From positions 1,488,001 through 1,552,000 of the forward strand of contig NW_026782083.1 in assembly GCF_031769215.1 (NCBI RefSeq): a DNA stretch of 64,000 nucleotides, given 5' to 3'. Shown in pieces: positions 13,501 through 25,397 of the stretch. The stretch comes from Ylistrum balloti. Lineage: Eukaryota. The translations under genes and the position numbers were made by a program. The notes under the pieces were generated by a model. It made no database searches. It was given only the letters and a program-made list of their open reading frames with translations, and was not told where the DNA came from. The stretch's first letter is position 1. Each line of letters opens with the position of its first letter.

Positions 13501-15693
13501 GACGCAACAGGTAACAGTATAGCTGCTCTACCCATGAAACTACACCTACTCAAAGGTCTGACGTGTGCTCATAGCTATGACAAATTCCGGAAATATGGTT
13601 TATGGTTGTATAATAACCCACTAGTACAGCCTCCACCGGAGGTGTGGAGGACAGAAAAACCAGCAAAGATCTTTGAATATCTAAAGAAACTTGCTATCAT
13701 CAAAACTGAGAATCTTCAAAGGCAAAAAATGTTGGTGCTAGGAGAATCACAGTGTGGAAAGACAGATTTTGTGTGGGGTCTTGTCCAAGGAAAATCTCTT
13801 ATGGCAGAAAAAGAACGGGAGAAAATTCGAAAGAAACTTAAAAAATTGAAGGAGGAAAAGAAAGAGAAAGAAAAAATGAAGAAAAAGAAAGTTCTGAAAG
13901 AGATTAAGGAAATCAAGGACAAAATGGAACAAGAGGGTTCACAAAAAGAGAAAGTACACATGGAAGTCAATAATGATGGGAAAACACTAGTGAGGATCAA
14001 TGATGACGTGGATGAGAAAGATGTTGAAATTCATGATCACCTTGATGATTTTACAACAGCCAAAAAGACAATAGATGAAATGTCAGAAGATGAACCCATT
14101 GTTCAAAATGGTGAAGTGGATGTGAGTGTGAGCAAGACCAGATTTATAGAACAAACAATATGGAGAACAGAGAATTCTGTGGAATTTGTAATCAATGATT
14201 TTGGGGGTGACCCTACATACAAGATGTGCTATCCTATATTTCTGGATTCTAAGTCACTCGTGGTCATTATGTATGACCACAGTACTTATACTAGTGACAA
14301 TCATTATGAGATGATAGGTCAGTGGCTTGACCTTCTCAATATCCACACACCTGGTGCAGTGGTCAAGCTTGTAGGTACTAAAGCTGACCTTTGCGAGAAT
14401 GAGGAAGTTAAAGAGGCAACATGTGACATAGTTCAAAGTGAGGTGGACAAACAACAGAAGTGCCACCTAGAAAATCTGCAGCAACAGCTTACACAGATAC
14501 AGGCAGAAATACAAAAAGGTGGAGAGAGCAAGCCTAATGATCTCATGCAGCATTTAGAATCAGAAAAAAGTAAACTTGAAAGTTTAATCAAACATCCAGT
14601 ACAAATTGATCGGGAAATTTCTGTCATCAGTTCAGTGGAGGGACTGCCTGGAGTGAGCAGCCTCATCAACCAGATAGAACTCATGGCCATTGATACGACT
14701 CTGTTCCCTCATGCTCAGCGACGCATACCGGATCACTGGAACAAGTTCAAGGTCAAACTCAAGCAGGAGAAGTCTTATTACCTCCGTTTGAAAGAAGTCA
14801 AGGACATGGCTTTGACCTTTGATATCAAAGGTGAAAACCTTGAGGAGTGTTTGATGTACTTGCATGACATAGGAGAAGTGTTGTGGTTCCACGACATCCC
14901 TGGCATGTCTCTGATTCTCTTCCACAAACCCCGACTCCTCGTTGATTTTATCACTACAATCTATCGTCATGATTTCCACACATTCTTTAACTACCATAAA
15001 AACAAGGTGTTCATGAGCAAAGGTAACTTTGACAGAAAGCATTTTGAAGCTTCTGTAGAAATCTTTCTGAATCATGGACAGGTGTCACGACCAATGCTGA
15101 ACTGTTTTTGGTTCTACCACCAGCTTGACTACGAACAGTTCCATGACATTCTGGTTCTGATGCCACTCCTAGACATCTGCTACAGTGTGCCTGAACCTCC
15201 TGTCCCCATGGGAAGCAATGCCTGTACCCCACTTCTAGTTGTACCGTGGTACAGCCAGAAGTGGGCGGGGCAAGACCTGGAGAATCACTGGCAAGATATG
15301 CTGCCCCATGGGACAAAGGTCATGTCATTCACATACGAGTTCCCAAGTCAGCTGCCAGATGGTACATTCGAGAGAATATCAGCTGCACTGCAAGAAGTGG
15401 TGATCACTCGAGCAGACTGGCGGGATGCTATTCTGTGTACCACTGAAAACGATAAGATTCTGCTACGTCTTGCTTCTGATAACAAGACTGAGGCAGACAT
15501 TTTATCTGTTACAATACAAGGTAATGATACAGATGGAGTAGAATCTATCGTCAGAGATTTGACACAAACTATTACAGATGTGGTGACAAGGATTCAGGGT
15601 TTGTCCTGGAAAATCAGAGCACAGCAACACTTGTGGGACCATCATATCATCTGTTATACAAGAAAAACAAAGTCAAAGTTCATAAAAACATAA
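10521..15693 (+). CDS. MFHAS1: LRR-ROC-COR (Roco family) protein, MFHAS1/MASL1-like, about 1170 aa, two coding exons (10521-10845, 12506-15693)
   Basis: Exon 1 (MSDFESDS...VPVSLLH) ends at CACG|gtgggt in phase 1 and joins acaacag|AA GCC to give LLHEANIGELYLNNNNLRTLPPDIK, in frame with the 1049-aa ORF. There are many LxxLxLxxNxL repeats, P-loop GESQCGKT (13741-13764), switch II NDFGG (about 14194-14208), GAVVKLVGTKADLC (MFHAS1-type G4 region) and a COR-like region (WFHDIPGMSLILFHKPRLL). The symbol denotes family resemblance; orthology is untested. Confidence 0.85.
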
Positions 15694-16936
15694 ATCATTG
15701 ATGTACCACACTTGACTAATAAGTTTTCTAATATCATTATCAACAGTAAAATATCTGAAAAGTTCCTACTAAAAAAAAAGTAGTACAGAAATTGTAGGAT
15801 CATATGAAGTTCAGTTGTATCCCAAATATAAGGTAAGTATAATATGTTTTCAATTGATAATACCATGGTATCTGTAGTAGGAATAAAGCATGTGTAGCAT
15901 GTCAGACTAATGGTGTCAAAAATTTAACATTTCTGGGAGACGATACTTTTAATTGAACCTAAGTGGTTGTATCAACATATCAATCAGTAATCATTATCAT
16001 TAAATCTAAAATTTATATCAATATATAACCTTAATTACAGCTGAATAAGCACGGTCTCACAGGTATGACTCAATACCCAGATATTTTGGTACAATGTTAA
16101 GTGTGGTATCATTGACTTGTGTTGATGGTAAATCATTTATCTGTCACAATTTTTCACTTTTTCTTATTTAACTGACCATTGTTTCATTTACGCTTAAAAA
16201 AAGTTTTTAAAATTTACGAATCTCGTGGCAAAATAAAAACACTAGATGTAGCTAGTAAGTATAGAATAAATGTGATCACTAAAGGATACACAGTAAAAGT
16301 TCTCACTTTGACTTTGTTGTCAGTATATTTACCATTCTGTAGTATCTGTTAGATCATTAACCATAAGGTAAGTATGTAAATCTAACACAGGTGATCTGTC
16401 TACTAAATATCATCTGACTGTGTACACACTTATTATGTCTATCCTGCAACAAACCTTAGAACCCAACACAAAACTTCTGGTTCAAAGTAAGGGGGTAAAG
16501 CTTACTACAGGACAATGGTATAGCTTTTGTTGTAATTTTTACTAAAACTACAATAGACAGGTGTAGGTCTATTATGATGTAAGAACTTACTGAGGGATAG
16601 ATATAGTAGATGTGTCAGGTCACCTTGTATTTATTCAATTTTGTGTTTTGGAGGTTTGAGATGCATGTGAAATATGGTGCAAATTATTATGACTGGAGAT
16701 ACAAGAAGAGCGTTTTGAAGCATGAATATGTCAGGGTTTTCTCTTCAAATTTTTTTTTTCTCCTCAAAGTAACATCACCTAAGTAACCTGTTAACCAATC
16801 ATTAGACCCGACTCCTTCCTTTTTTCCATTGCAATTTTGAACTTGTTCCCTTGTCTGGCAACATTCACTGAGTACGAGGATTTTTTGATGTAGTCAGCAT
16901 ACTAGAGAGTGTTTCTATTGGTAAATGGGCTAGCTG

Positions 16937-17205
16937 GAAATGAGGCTGTAATACAACATCTAAATCAGGACAATTCTAGTGGTTATCATGTGTAGATATG
17001 AAACTGAGGCTGTGATACAATACCTATATCAAACAATTCTAGTGGTTATCATGAGTAGATATGAAACTGAGGCTGTGATGTAGTGCCTATACCAGACAAT
17101 TCTATTGGTTATCTTGTGTAGATATGAAAATGAGGCTGTGATACAATGTGTGTATCAGAAAATTCTACTGGATATCTTGTGTAGATATGATAATGAGTGA
17201 TACAA
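16937..17205. repeat. About 63-bp degenerate tandem repeat, about 4 copies
   Basis: TGAGGCTG at 16941, 17005, 17068 and 17131. Confidence 0.85.
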
Positions 17206-18963
17206 TGGTTGCCTGTGAGTAACAATTGATTACCATGTCATATAAAAATGAGATTGAGACTGAACGTAAATATCCAACAGCACTGTTCTTAATATCACAT
17301 ACAGCTTAAACTTTGACAAACTGAAATACAATTTAAACACAATATCTTTACAGTTCTGGCTTGTTTTTTTTAAATTTTTCTTCTCTAACTGAAAACACAA
17401 ATGATGTCTTTAGCTGAAAAGTTGTTTTTTTATGGTGAAGATATCTAAGTGACATTTCATTATCAGTTTTTAATTACACTTCTGTAAATGACAAGATAGT
17501 ATTAAAGAGATTTGAATAGAGACAGCCAAATCTCACAAATACCTCATATATTTTTTTTGGATGATAGACAACTTCAGTACACAAATGGAAATATATCTAT
17601 AATGATAAGTTACATATAAGGATTTCCATGATCCCTTGTCAGAATGGTGTACTCACCACCTAGAAACTTTTCCATATCTCAACAATGTCAAATAAATCCT
17701 GTCTGAATGGTTTTTGGTATCAATTATATGTAGAAACGTTATATGATAAAATGATTTATTGATGAAGTTCCATGTCCCTCATAAAACATGACTGACTATT
17801 AAGATAACAAATTAGATAAATGTAAATAACAAAAGAAATAAAGAACACAGATTGTTTTACCCATTCATATCATATTCATGTTTTTACGATGAATATGCTT
17901 TTTTTATCTTTTTCCCTTGCAGAATCTGTGATATCAGCTTATTTTACATTTTTTGTAATGAAACAATGTACATTTTTATACTTAATTTGTATCATTTGTT
18001 ATATATGTATTTACTGCTGTTTTATAGAAGATGGGAAATATTTTTACAGTTTGTATTACTGATATATTTTACTGCTTTTGTGTAGAAACAAACACCTTTT
18101 ACAAATTGTCCTTTAATAGAGGCATATGAGTTAGTAAATTAAACAATCTAAATGTAGAAATTTGTTCCCTTATCTGTTTTCCATTTGTATATTAGGTTGA
18201 TGGGTCCCTATAGAATTCATAAATTACAAGGTTTATGTATCAAGTTCCTCTCGAGACAGTGAATTACAAATTTAATGGATCATGTCCCTTTCTCTCTCAA
18301 AGATCTGTGCACCATTGGCTTTACTTAATACACCAGGATGTTGTACACAAAAATAAGGAAAGATGAATGATATATTAGTTTAAAGAGCTCATTGAAAAGA
18401 AAAACAAATCCTGAATCACATGTGATGTTGATCACAAGTACCACCAAGTTCTAAAATTTTCTCATCCAAAGTTCAATATTCTATTTTGGGATGAAGGTCA
18501 TTACAAACACAATACAAGACTACTTTATTAATTATAAAACCACATTGTTCCTAATAAAACAGCTGTTCTAAAAATTTGTAAAACTATTTCTTTACAATGT
18601 TCATGTGTCAGGAACCAAATGAAACCAACCAAACTGCTACAATGGCGATGTATTTCTCTATGCTGTTTTGTATGTAAATTTACAGCTTACTATTAAATGC
18701 TACACAGTTCCATGTAAACATACGCTCCAAAGTGTGCTACAGTGATGCCATAAAATGTTTTGAAAAGAAAGGACATTTATCAATCTTTAAATGTGACTAC
18801 ACAATGTATCATGGTGACAGAGAAGTCATTGAAACATCATACATAATCTTCTAGATTTTTGTGACATTTCTATCACATATACATCACCAAATTAAAGAAA
18901 TCATTAAGAGAATCTTTCTAAATATTCTGATCACTGATTACCTAAACAAGTGGACCAACTTAC

Positions 18964-21900
18964 CTGACAATAAAATGCAAATATCCTCATGGATCTGATG
19001 GGGGAGAAGAAGAGGAAAGGGACGGGGATCTCAATCATGTAGGTGGCCACACAGCTGAGCTTGAGGAACCACAGAGGAAGTTGATGCCACCACCAGGCAA
19101 GAGGTGTTGGAATACACTGAAACAGGCAACACAAATAATTATAACACAAGTCAAACAGTGATGTCTGGTTCCTTGAGGTTAGACAAATGTCCATCACCTA
19201 AACCAAGATACCAACAATGTGCTGGGTGATTGAGACAATTACATGTAAATTAACTAGGAATAGGAGGCACAGACAAATCTGTCATCTAATGTGTGGTATA
19301 AAATTGTCATATACATTGTTATTGGTCTCAATCATTTGAAAATCCATCACAATTGATACAGATTTATTCTGGGACTGATCTAGGTTACATATTGTGATGC
19401 TATGTTTTCACAAACATTGGTATAAATAATGTTGCATCCCTGTCTCTAAGCTTACATCATGGCTGAGCCTATCTGCCAAGGCACACAAACCTGCCACAAA
19501 TTAGTATTCACTCAGGCTGTAATTGCTTTTCCCCTCAAATCAGTGCTGACCTATATTTCAAGGATAACATGTAACTACTGACAGTTTTGTCCACTGGGAA
19601 AGTTGTCCACATATACATATAGTTCCATTATCTTGACACAGCAGCTGACAGAAAAATGTAGTGTTACTTGTACAACCAAACCAACAATAAAATTACACCA
19701 ATAACTCACCTGAGATTCAAAATGAACAGACAGAGCTGAAACAGAAAAATAAAATGCCAATGAAATACACAGGAACAAAACATATTGGGTTTATTCTCTC
19801 AGCATTATTTAACTAATCAAAGGGGAGATAATTCTAAACTTCAATTTTATGTCACCCCAGGTATGCAACACAAATTAATATATTGACATCAACTATTATA
19901 ATCATTTTAACAAAGTAGCTTGTTCAAGATACAAATTTACTGACATCCTACAGGTTTCTTATAATACTTCACAACAAAAGAATTGCCATCAGAGATACTC
20001 TATACCTTTATTAACAACAGACAACTGTACCTGTTAGCCCCCACCATGTTGGACATTTACTGGTCAGCTTCACCACTCCTGAAGCAAACATGAGACGAAA
20101 GAGGAGCCAGCGTATCAACCACAGTGTGATGCTATCATGCTGGTGGTATGGGGACATCCTCCATTTCTTTGGTAACTGAAGATTAAGTGGAGCTACTAAG
20201 ATGGCCAGAAATCCTGCCTCCAGGAGTAAAATATCCCTGGAAAATCAAAGAAATCTTTGTAGAAGTTCTCTCCTTAACATAAACAATTTCAGTGTTTTAG
20301 CTTGTCATTAACGTTTTAAGGCAATAATATAAATTATAAATGATTGAAAAAAAAATATTCGTAAACATGCAGAGCAAAACTCTCAAATAAGTTCTTTTAA
20401 CCAGCAAAATTATAATCTTTTCAATAAACAAAATAAAATAGTTAACAAGGTTTTAATATATAATTCAATTACCATACACTTGATATAATCATTAAATAAC
20501 CTATTACTGACATTATTTAAGTTATCCAATTGTCATAAGATTTATCAGAAAATTATTAACACTGAATTTTGTGAAATACTGTCATCCATTAACAGCAGAC
20601 TTTGTATAATCTGAAGCTTGTGAATAAATGAATGAAGATAACAAAGGAAGAAAAAAGAATTGAAATGAATGAGTATCAGTCCCTTACCATTGAAACCACA
20701 AAAAAGTCTGTCCTACCTGAAATCATAAAATATTATGTATATTTACCAGGACCATATAAACATTGCACATATTTATCAGGAAGATATAAACATCATATAT
20801 ATTTACCAGGAAGATATATCATCATGCTTATTTACCAGGAAGATATAAACATCATATATATTTACCAGGAAGATATAGACATCATACTTGTTTACCAGGA
20901 AGATGTCAATATCATACATATTTACCAGGAAAATATAAACATCATTCTTATTTACTAGGAAGATATAAACATCTGACATTTACTAGGAAGACATAAACAT
21001 CTAACATTTACTAGGAAGATATACCATCATACATATTTTCCAGGAAGATATAAACATCATACCAATCTATCAGGAAGATATAAACATCCACATTGATATA
21101 AACAATATCCCTATGCACATTAAGAAGGACTATATCTACATCATACAATCCTCACTAGATTTGTTCAGTTTTATAAGTGAAACTTAAAGCTGACTTTCCT
21201 TTTTCATGAAAAACATTTTTGTATTTTTACAGCACATATATGTAACAATACAATGGACTTACCACATCATTCTAAGATAATTTTTCGGCAAGAAGTATTT
21301 GTAAATTGTTAACATCATGACTGTAATTCTTGTACTCCAGTTTTAATTTCTTAGATTTGTCTTAAATGTTGTGACTTTTTATGAATACTGACACCTTTGA
21401 TACTTAATTCAGTTATCAGCTTTCTTTCACAATGCATAAGGTCATAACTGATAGCCGACATTATGATCTGACCATGTCATTGTTCAAATTGTTTTGTTTC
21501 AATGCAAGTCAGACCATGATGTTATGAAAGACACTTGATTAAGACATACCTGGTACAGAGACAGGTATAACATCCATAGGATTGGGTAGGCGACAGTGTC
21601 CCGTGCCACACTGAACACCAGACTAAGGAAGGACACCAACATTCCCATTAGGCACAAGAGATCCATCCCTTCCTGTGCATTTAGACCAAGGTGTGGGGTC
21701 AACTTCATCAAAGTTGGAGCTCCATCCAAGAGTTTTTCTATTGAATCTATCTCTAGAAAAAAAATCAAGTTGATGCAAAAATTTCAAATAAACTAAATTC
21801 ATTAACTAGTATATACTTAAATCAAAATTAAATTAAACATTTTACAAACTTGAAAAACATTTTTGTATAACTTTAATGCAATTATTTGAGAAGCATAATC

Positions 21901-24097
21901 ACTTATGAATAAAGACAACTTTGGTAACAAAAACTAATGAGTGGATATCAAATAATTGTAACAGTCATTTTATACATGTACATACTTTCTTGTAGAACAA
22001 GTTTTGCAGGTAATATTCCATTTTCTCCATACAAACCTATACCAACAGAAAACAAAATCAACTAAAATATGTACATGGTATATCAAATGCATAAATACAA
22101 TATTTTCTACAAGTTTTAACCATAGTGTATATGTGATCTGATATTTTCAAAATATCCAAACGCTTTTATTGGTTGCATGATTTTATAATGTATATGACCG
22201 AAGAAATAATACCAGTTTGTAGAACAAAACATTTTGGGGGAATCAGCCCAAGTATCAAGGAACACAATCTCTTAATGCAATAAGTTCATAAGGCAAGTAA
22301 AGCTATTTCTATAACATACAAATATGAAATGATCATAAAGTATTGATCATGCTAATTATTGCCAAAAATCCATCTTTAAATGGTTTACTAATTAATAAAA
22401 AATGACTCAGGAATAAAATGCCATATTCAAACACAGTATTTATAACTAAATCAGTAAATGTTGGGAATTTTGGGGGTCTGTTTCAAAAGAAAGCAAAACA
22501 AAACAAAATTTTAAAAAAGAGAAAAGAAAAAAAAGACAATGTGGCTCTAAGGATTTCATATTTACTCAAATTTTGTAGTTCTATAAATAAACATAAATTA
22601 CAAATTTATTGGTACAGTAAAACTAATTTGTTACATAAAATATCAATGTAAGGTATATCATTAACTTTGTATGTGTAACCCTGGTAAAATACTAGCTGCA
22701 AAATATCACTAGGTTAGGGAGAACTTCTCTTTAGCTCGATTGGTTGAGTGTCAGACTAGTAAGCCAGGGGTCGCGGGTTTGATTCCTAGCGGAGGCATTG
22801 AAATAATTAATGACCTCTGTTACATATGGTACCGTCAACACACAATGTGTTAAAAATTGCTGGTTCCTGTATAAATACAATAAAGATACATGTGCATCAC
22901 AGAGAAACTGGTGCAGTTAAATATGGCCAGCAACACATGGGGAAATTTGCTCAAAATGTCCCAGTAGCCTTGCACCTAAGACATCAGGAAATACATTTTT
23001 TCACATTGTTGACACATGGAACAGTCTTCCGCAACAAGTACTGGTAATCTCGGCTAACTAAGCAAACCAGTTTAAAAACAGACTTGATAAGCCCTGGGAA
23101 AACCATCCACTCTGGTTTGACCACACAGCTAGCTATGGACCAGATACCCAGCATTAACGGACCATTCTGAGCTGTCTGAAAGGACCAGTAGGTCCTACTG
23201 GCAGAAACAACATAAAGTAACATCAGGTAATCATAAAGCTTACAGATATATGTCAAAGATCACTTCACTAAGAGTGGGAGGTTGATATTGATGACTAATT
23301 CCTAACCTGGTCATTGTACAGGGATAAGCTCTGAGCATTTAGGACCATCTTTTACATGATTCATCCTTTAATGTTACTGTTGCTGTATGTTAATTGATGG
23401 TACTGTTAAAACTGAATGACAGCTAGACTTTAATACTATCATTTATCACACTTCTTCCTTTAGATACATGATAGAATATGTTTATCTTCAACACAAACAG
23501 ACATTCAAAACTGGAATATCAGAACTACATAGTAACAATGGAAAATTAAGTATACACAGGAAAACATCAGAAAAAAAATATCATAATTGCAGCGTTCACA
23601 GTCCATACCAATATTTACAACCAAATCATTAACTGGAACACCTGGAGGGTAATAGAGAAATGATGACTGAAAACTGACTCCAGGATTTAAGACTATACAT
23701 GTCCCTGTGTTTTATAGAGAACTTCTGGTGAAAGGATTCTGCTAGATGGTACTCGTTTTGAGGGAAACATGTCGGTTATATTTTTCAGTGTAACCTATTG
23801 ATAGCTGTCTTCATGCTGGAAAATTGAAAGAATAAACCGGTTTAGTTGAACTTGTGTTTGGAAAGTCTTGCACATTGCAAGTAACTACGTTGTAGCAACA
23901 GAGGACGAATGAACGCCAGTCATTCCTAAGTGCCATATCAATTTACTTATCTAGATCATGAGATGTGTATTTTTCATAGATACTCTTTTGTACTTCATAC
24001 CAGGTATCTGCACATAAAGAGATGCAAACGCCATGAGATAGACTCCAGATATGCCCCAGAGGAACACATCTCTAGTATAGCTTATACCGCTCGTCAT
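18964..24097 (-). CDS. LMF2: Lipase maturation factor 2, N-terminal seven coding exons (about 255 aa); 3' exons not found in window
   Basis: Exons 24097-24001 ([32 protein letters not shown]), 22036-21986 ([12 protein letters not shown]), 21752-21550 ([13 protein letters not shown]...[10 protein letters not shown]), 20716-20688 ([10 protein letters not shown]), 20236-20031 ([16 protein letters not shown]...[30 protein letters not shown]), 19735-19710 (ALSVHFESQ), 19116-18964 ([14 protein letters not shown]...FAFYCQ). All are GT-AG with consistent phases, and the motifs match LMF2 as I recall it. Confidence 0.93.
20738..21085. repeat. About 30-bp tandem repeat in LMF2 intron 3, about 11 copies
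   Basis: Unit ATATTTACCAGGAAGATATAAACATCATAT, ending next to the acceptor of the 29-nt exon. Confidence 0.9.
22674..22824 (+). mobile_element. Solo LTR of the same tRNA-bearing TRIM family, in LMF2 intron 1, with 4-bp TSD TATG
   Basis: TATG|TGTAAC...GTTACA|TATG, 151 bp. Contains a 73-nt tRNA-Thr(AGT)-like segment (22725-22797) with A-box TAGCTCGATTGG, loop CTAGTAA and B-box GGTTTGATTCC. Confidence 0.85.
22930..23135 (+). mobile_element. Decayed 3' end of a CR1/L2-type LINE ORF2
   Basis: Broken translation [17 protein letters not shown] / [11 protein letters not shown]...[11 protein letters not shown] matches the typical CR1/L2 RT C-terminus (DIRKxFFS.RVVxxWNSLP...FKNRLDK). Contains stops and frameshifts. 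Confidence 0.7.
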
Positions 24098-25397
24098 TTT
24101 CAACTCTTCCAACAGGTAAAATGTAAAAGTAAATAGTCAGCGAGTCTCATTCAATCATACTCTCTCGGCGGTGGAAGTGCCTTGGAACACCCCGGCAGGA
24201 ACTAAATCCGCCATGTAGTTCTGCGAATTCTGATGTCATTTCGGATGCTGTGGTTTCACAAAAACTAATGTCAAATCACAAATAATAATGTTTATTTGTT
24301 TTAATATCATTTTTATATATTATAATAATCAATGCCACTAATATGTTGTGTAGTGATATGTATGTTAATATTTTAATTGAAACAGATGGATGTTACCCTT
24401 CTACCGATTGGTCCACATTTCCTTAATTGGACTACTTTTCACTGAATTGAGCGAATTAAATATTATTTCTCAATTCTTGAAGTTTTGTTTACAAAACGCG
24501 CGAGATTCAGATACTGGGACGTAAGAGCTGCATTAAGTCTTCTTCAAACACAAAAATATTTGTTCTCTCTGTTAACAAAATGTTTGCAATAGTTTAAGAA
24601 TGTCAGTGTCTCCCTATGTCAAGCTGATCGGCTTACTTGTATGCTTAAACGTGACCTGATCATATGCGGTTTGCCGTTACTGGATCACCAGGGGACATCA
24701 GCTGGTTTACTTTTTACTATCTTATTAATTAGGTACATCCACACAAGGTAAAATACGTTGACCGTTAGTCTACTGATTTACCTAATCTTATGTCAGTTAA
24801 GCATGTATGCTTCTAAACCACCTCTTTAATGCACATGTAATGGTTCTTGGAGTGCATTATGAATATATGTCCTGTTTCTGTCTTCTCCCCTGGTGTCCAT
24901 TGCCAACTACATACATTACTTGAAATCAGGACTGGTCACAGTCACAACTAGTGTAAGAAAGGAAGTTGAAATTTACATGGTTTAACTTCAGATGGACACT
25001 TCTAGATTTATATGTGTGTAAAGTAGTGCCCCAGGTATAGATTGAACAGCACCCAAAAAATATTTCTAATGCATAGGAAACAAATGACTTTTTTAGATAA
25101 TGATTCTTTCAAATTCTGTGTTGTGTAAATGAGCACACCAAGAGGAAATGTAAACATAAAGAGTTCCACCAGTTAAAGTCATGCCTATTTGTTAATAATA
25201 GATATGACAGTTACCATGTCCAATAAATAAATGATAATCTCAGAGATGCATACTTTACACAACTTCTTCTTTTTAAAGTTGGCTCCAGTTTCCAAAGTTG
25301 ATAAAAAGATTTCAGAAGTACAGTATGTGTATGTATTGTCAAGTTAAAATATCAAGATATATAAAATGAAAGATGGTATTATATTTCAGGTTCAATC
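24098..25397. promoter_or_regulatory. Putative bidirectional promoter region between LMF2 and NCAPH2, including a probable NCAPH2 5'UTR intron
   Basis: The divergent ATGs are 1.3 kb apart, with local CpG enrichment. Motifs: YY1-like CCGCCATG (about 24209), ATTGG boxes (24407, 24425), CGCGCGAGA (about 24497). There is a possible donor gggac|gtaaga at 24521 and an acceptor ttcag| at 25389 just before the NCAPH2 ATG. Motif function is inferred only. Confidence 0.5.

Noticed and set aside
12672-15446. Antisense and alternate-frame ORFs overlapping the LRR-ROC-COR, GPCR and PPP1R15 coding regions
   Set aside because: These are shadow ORFs of real CDSs with no independent motifs.
16800-16910. Minus-strand open stretch YADYIKKSSYSVNVARQGNKFKIAMEKRKES
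   Set aside because: Short, not LMF2-like, and cannot be linked to other exons.
22725-22797. Functional tRNA-Thr(AGT) gene
   Set aside because: The anticodon and acceptor stems do not pair and the sequence lies inside an LTR bounded by a TSD.
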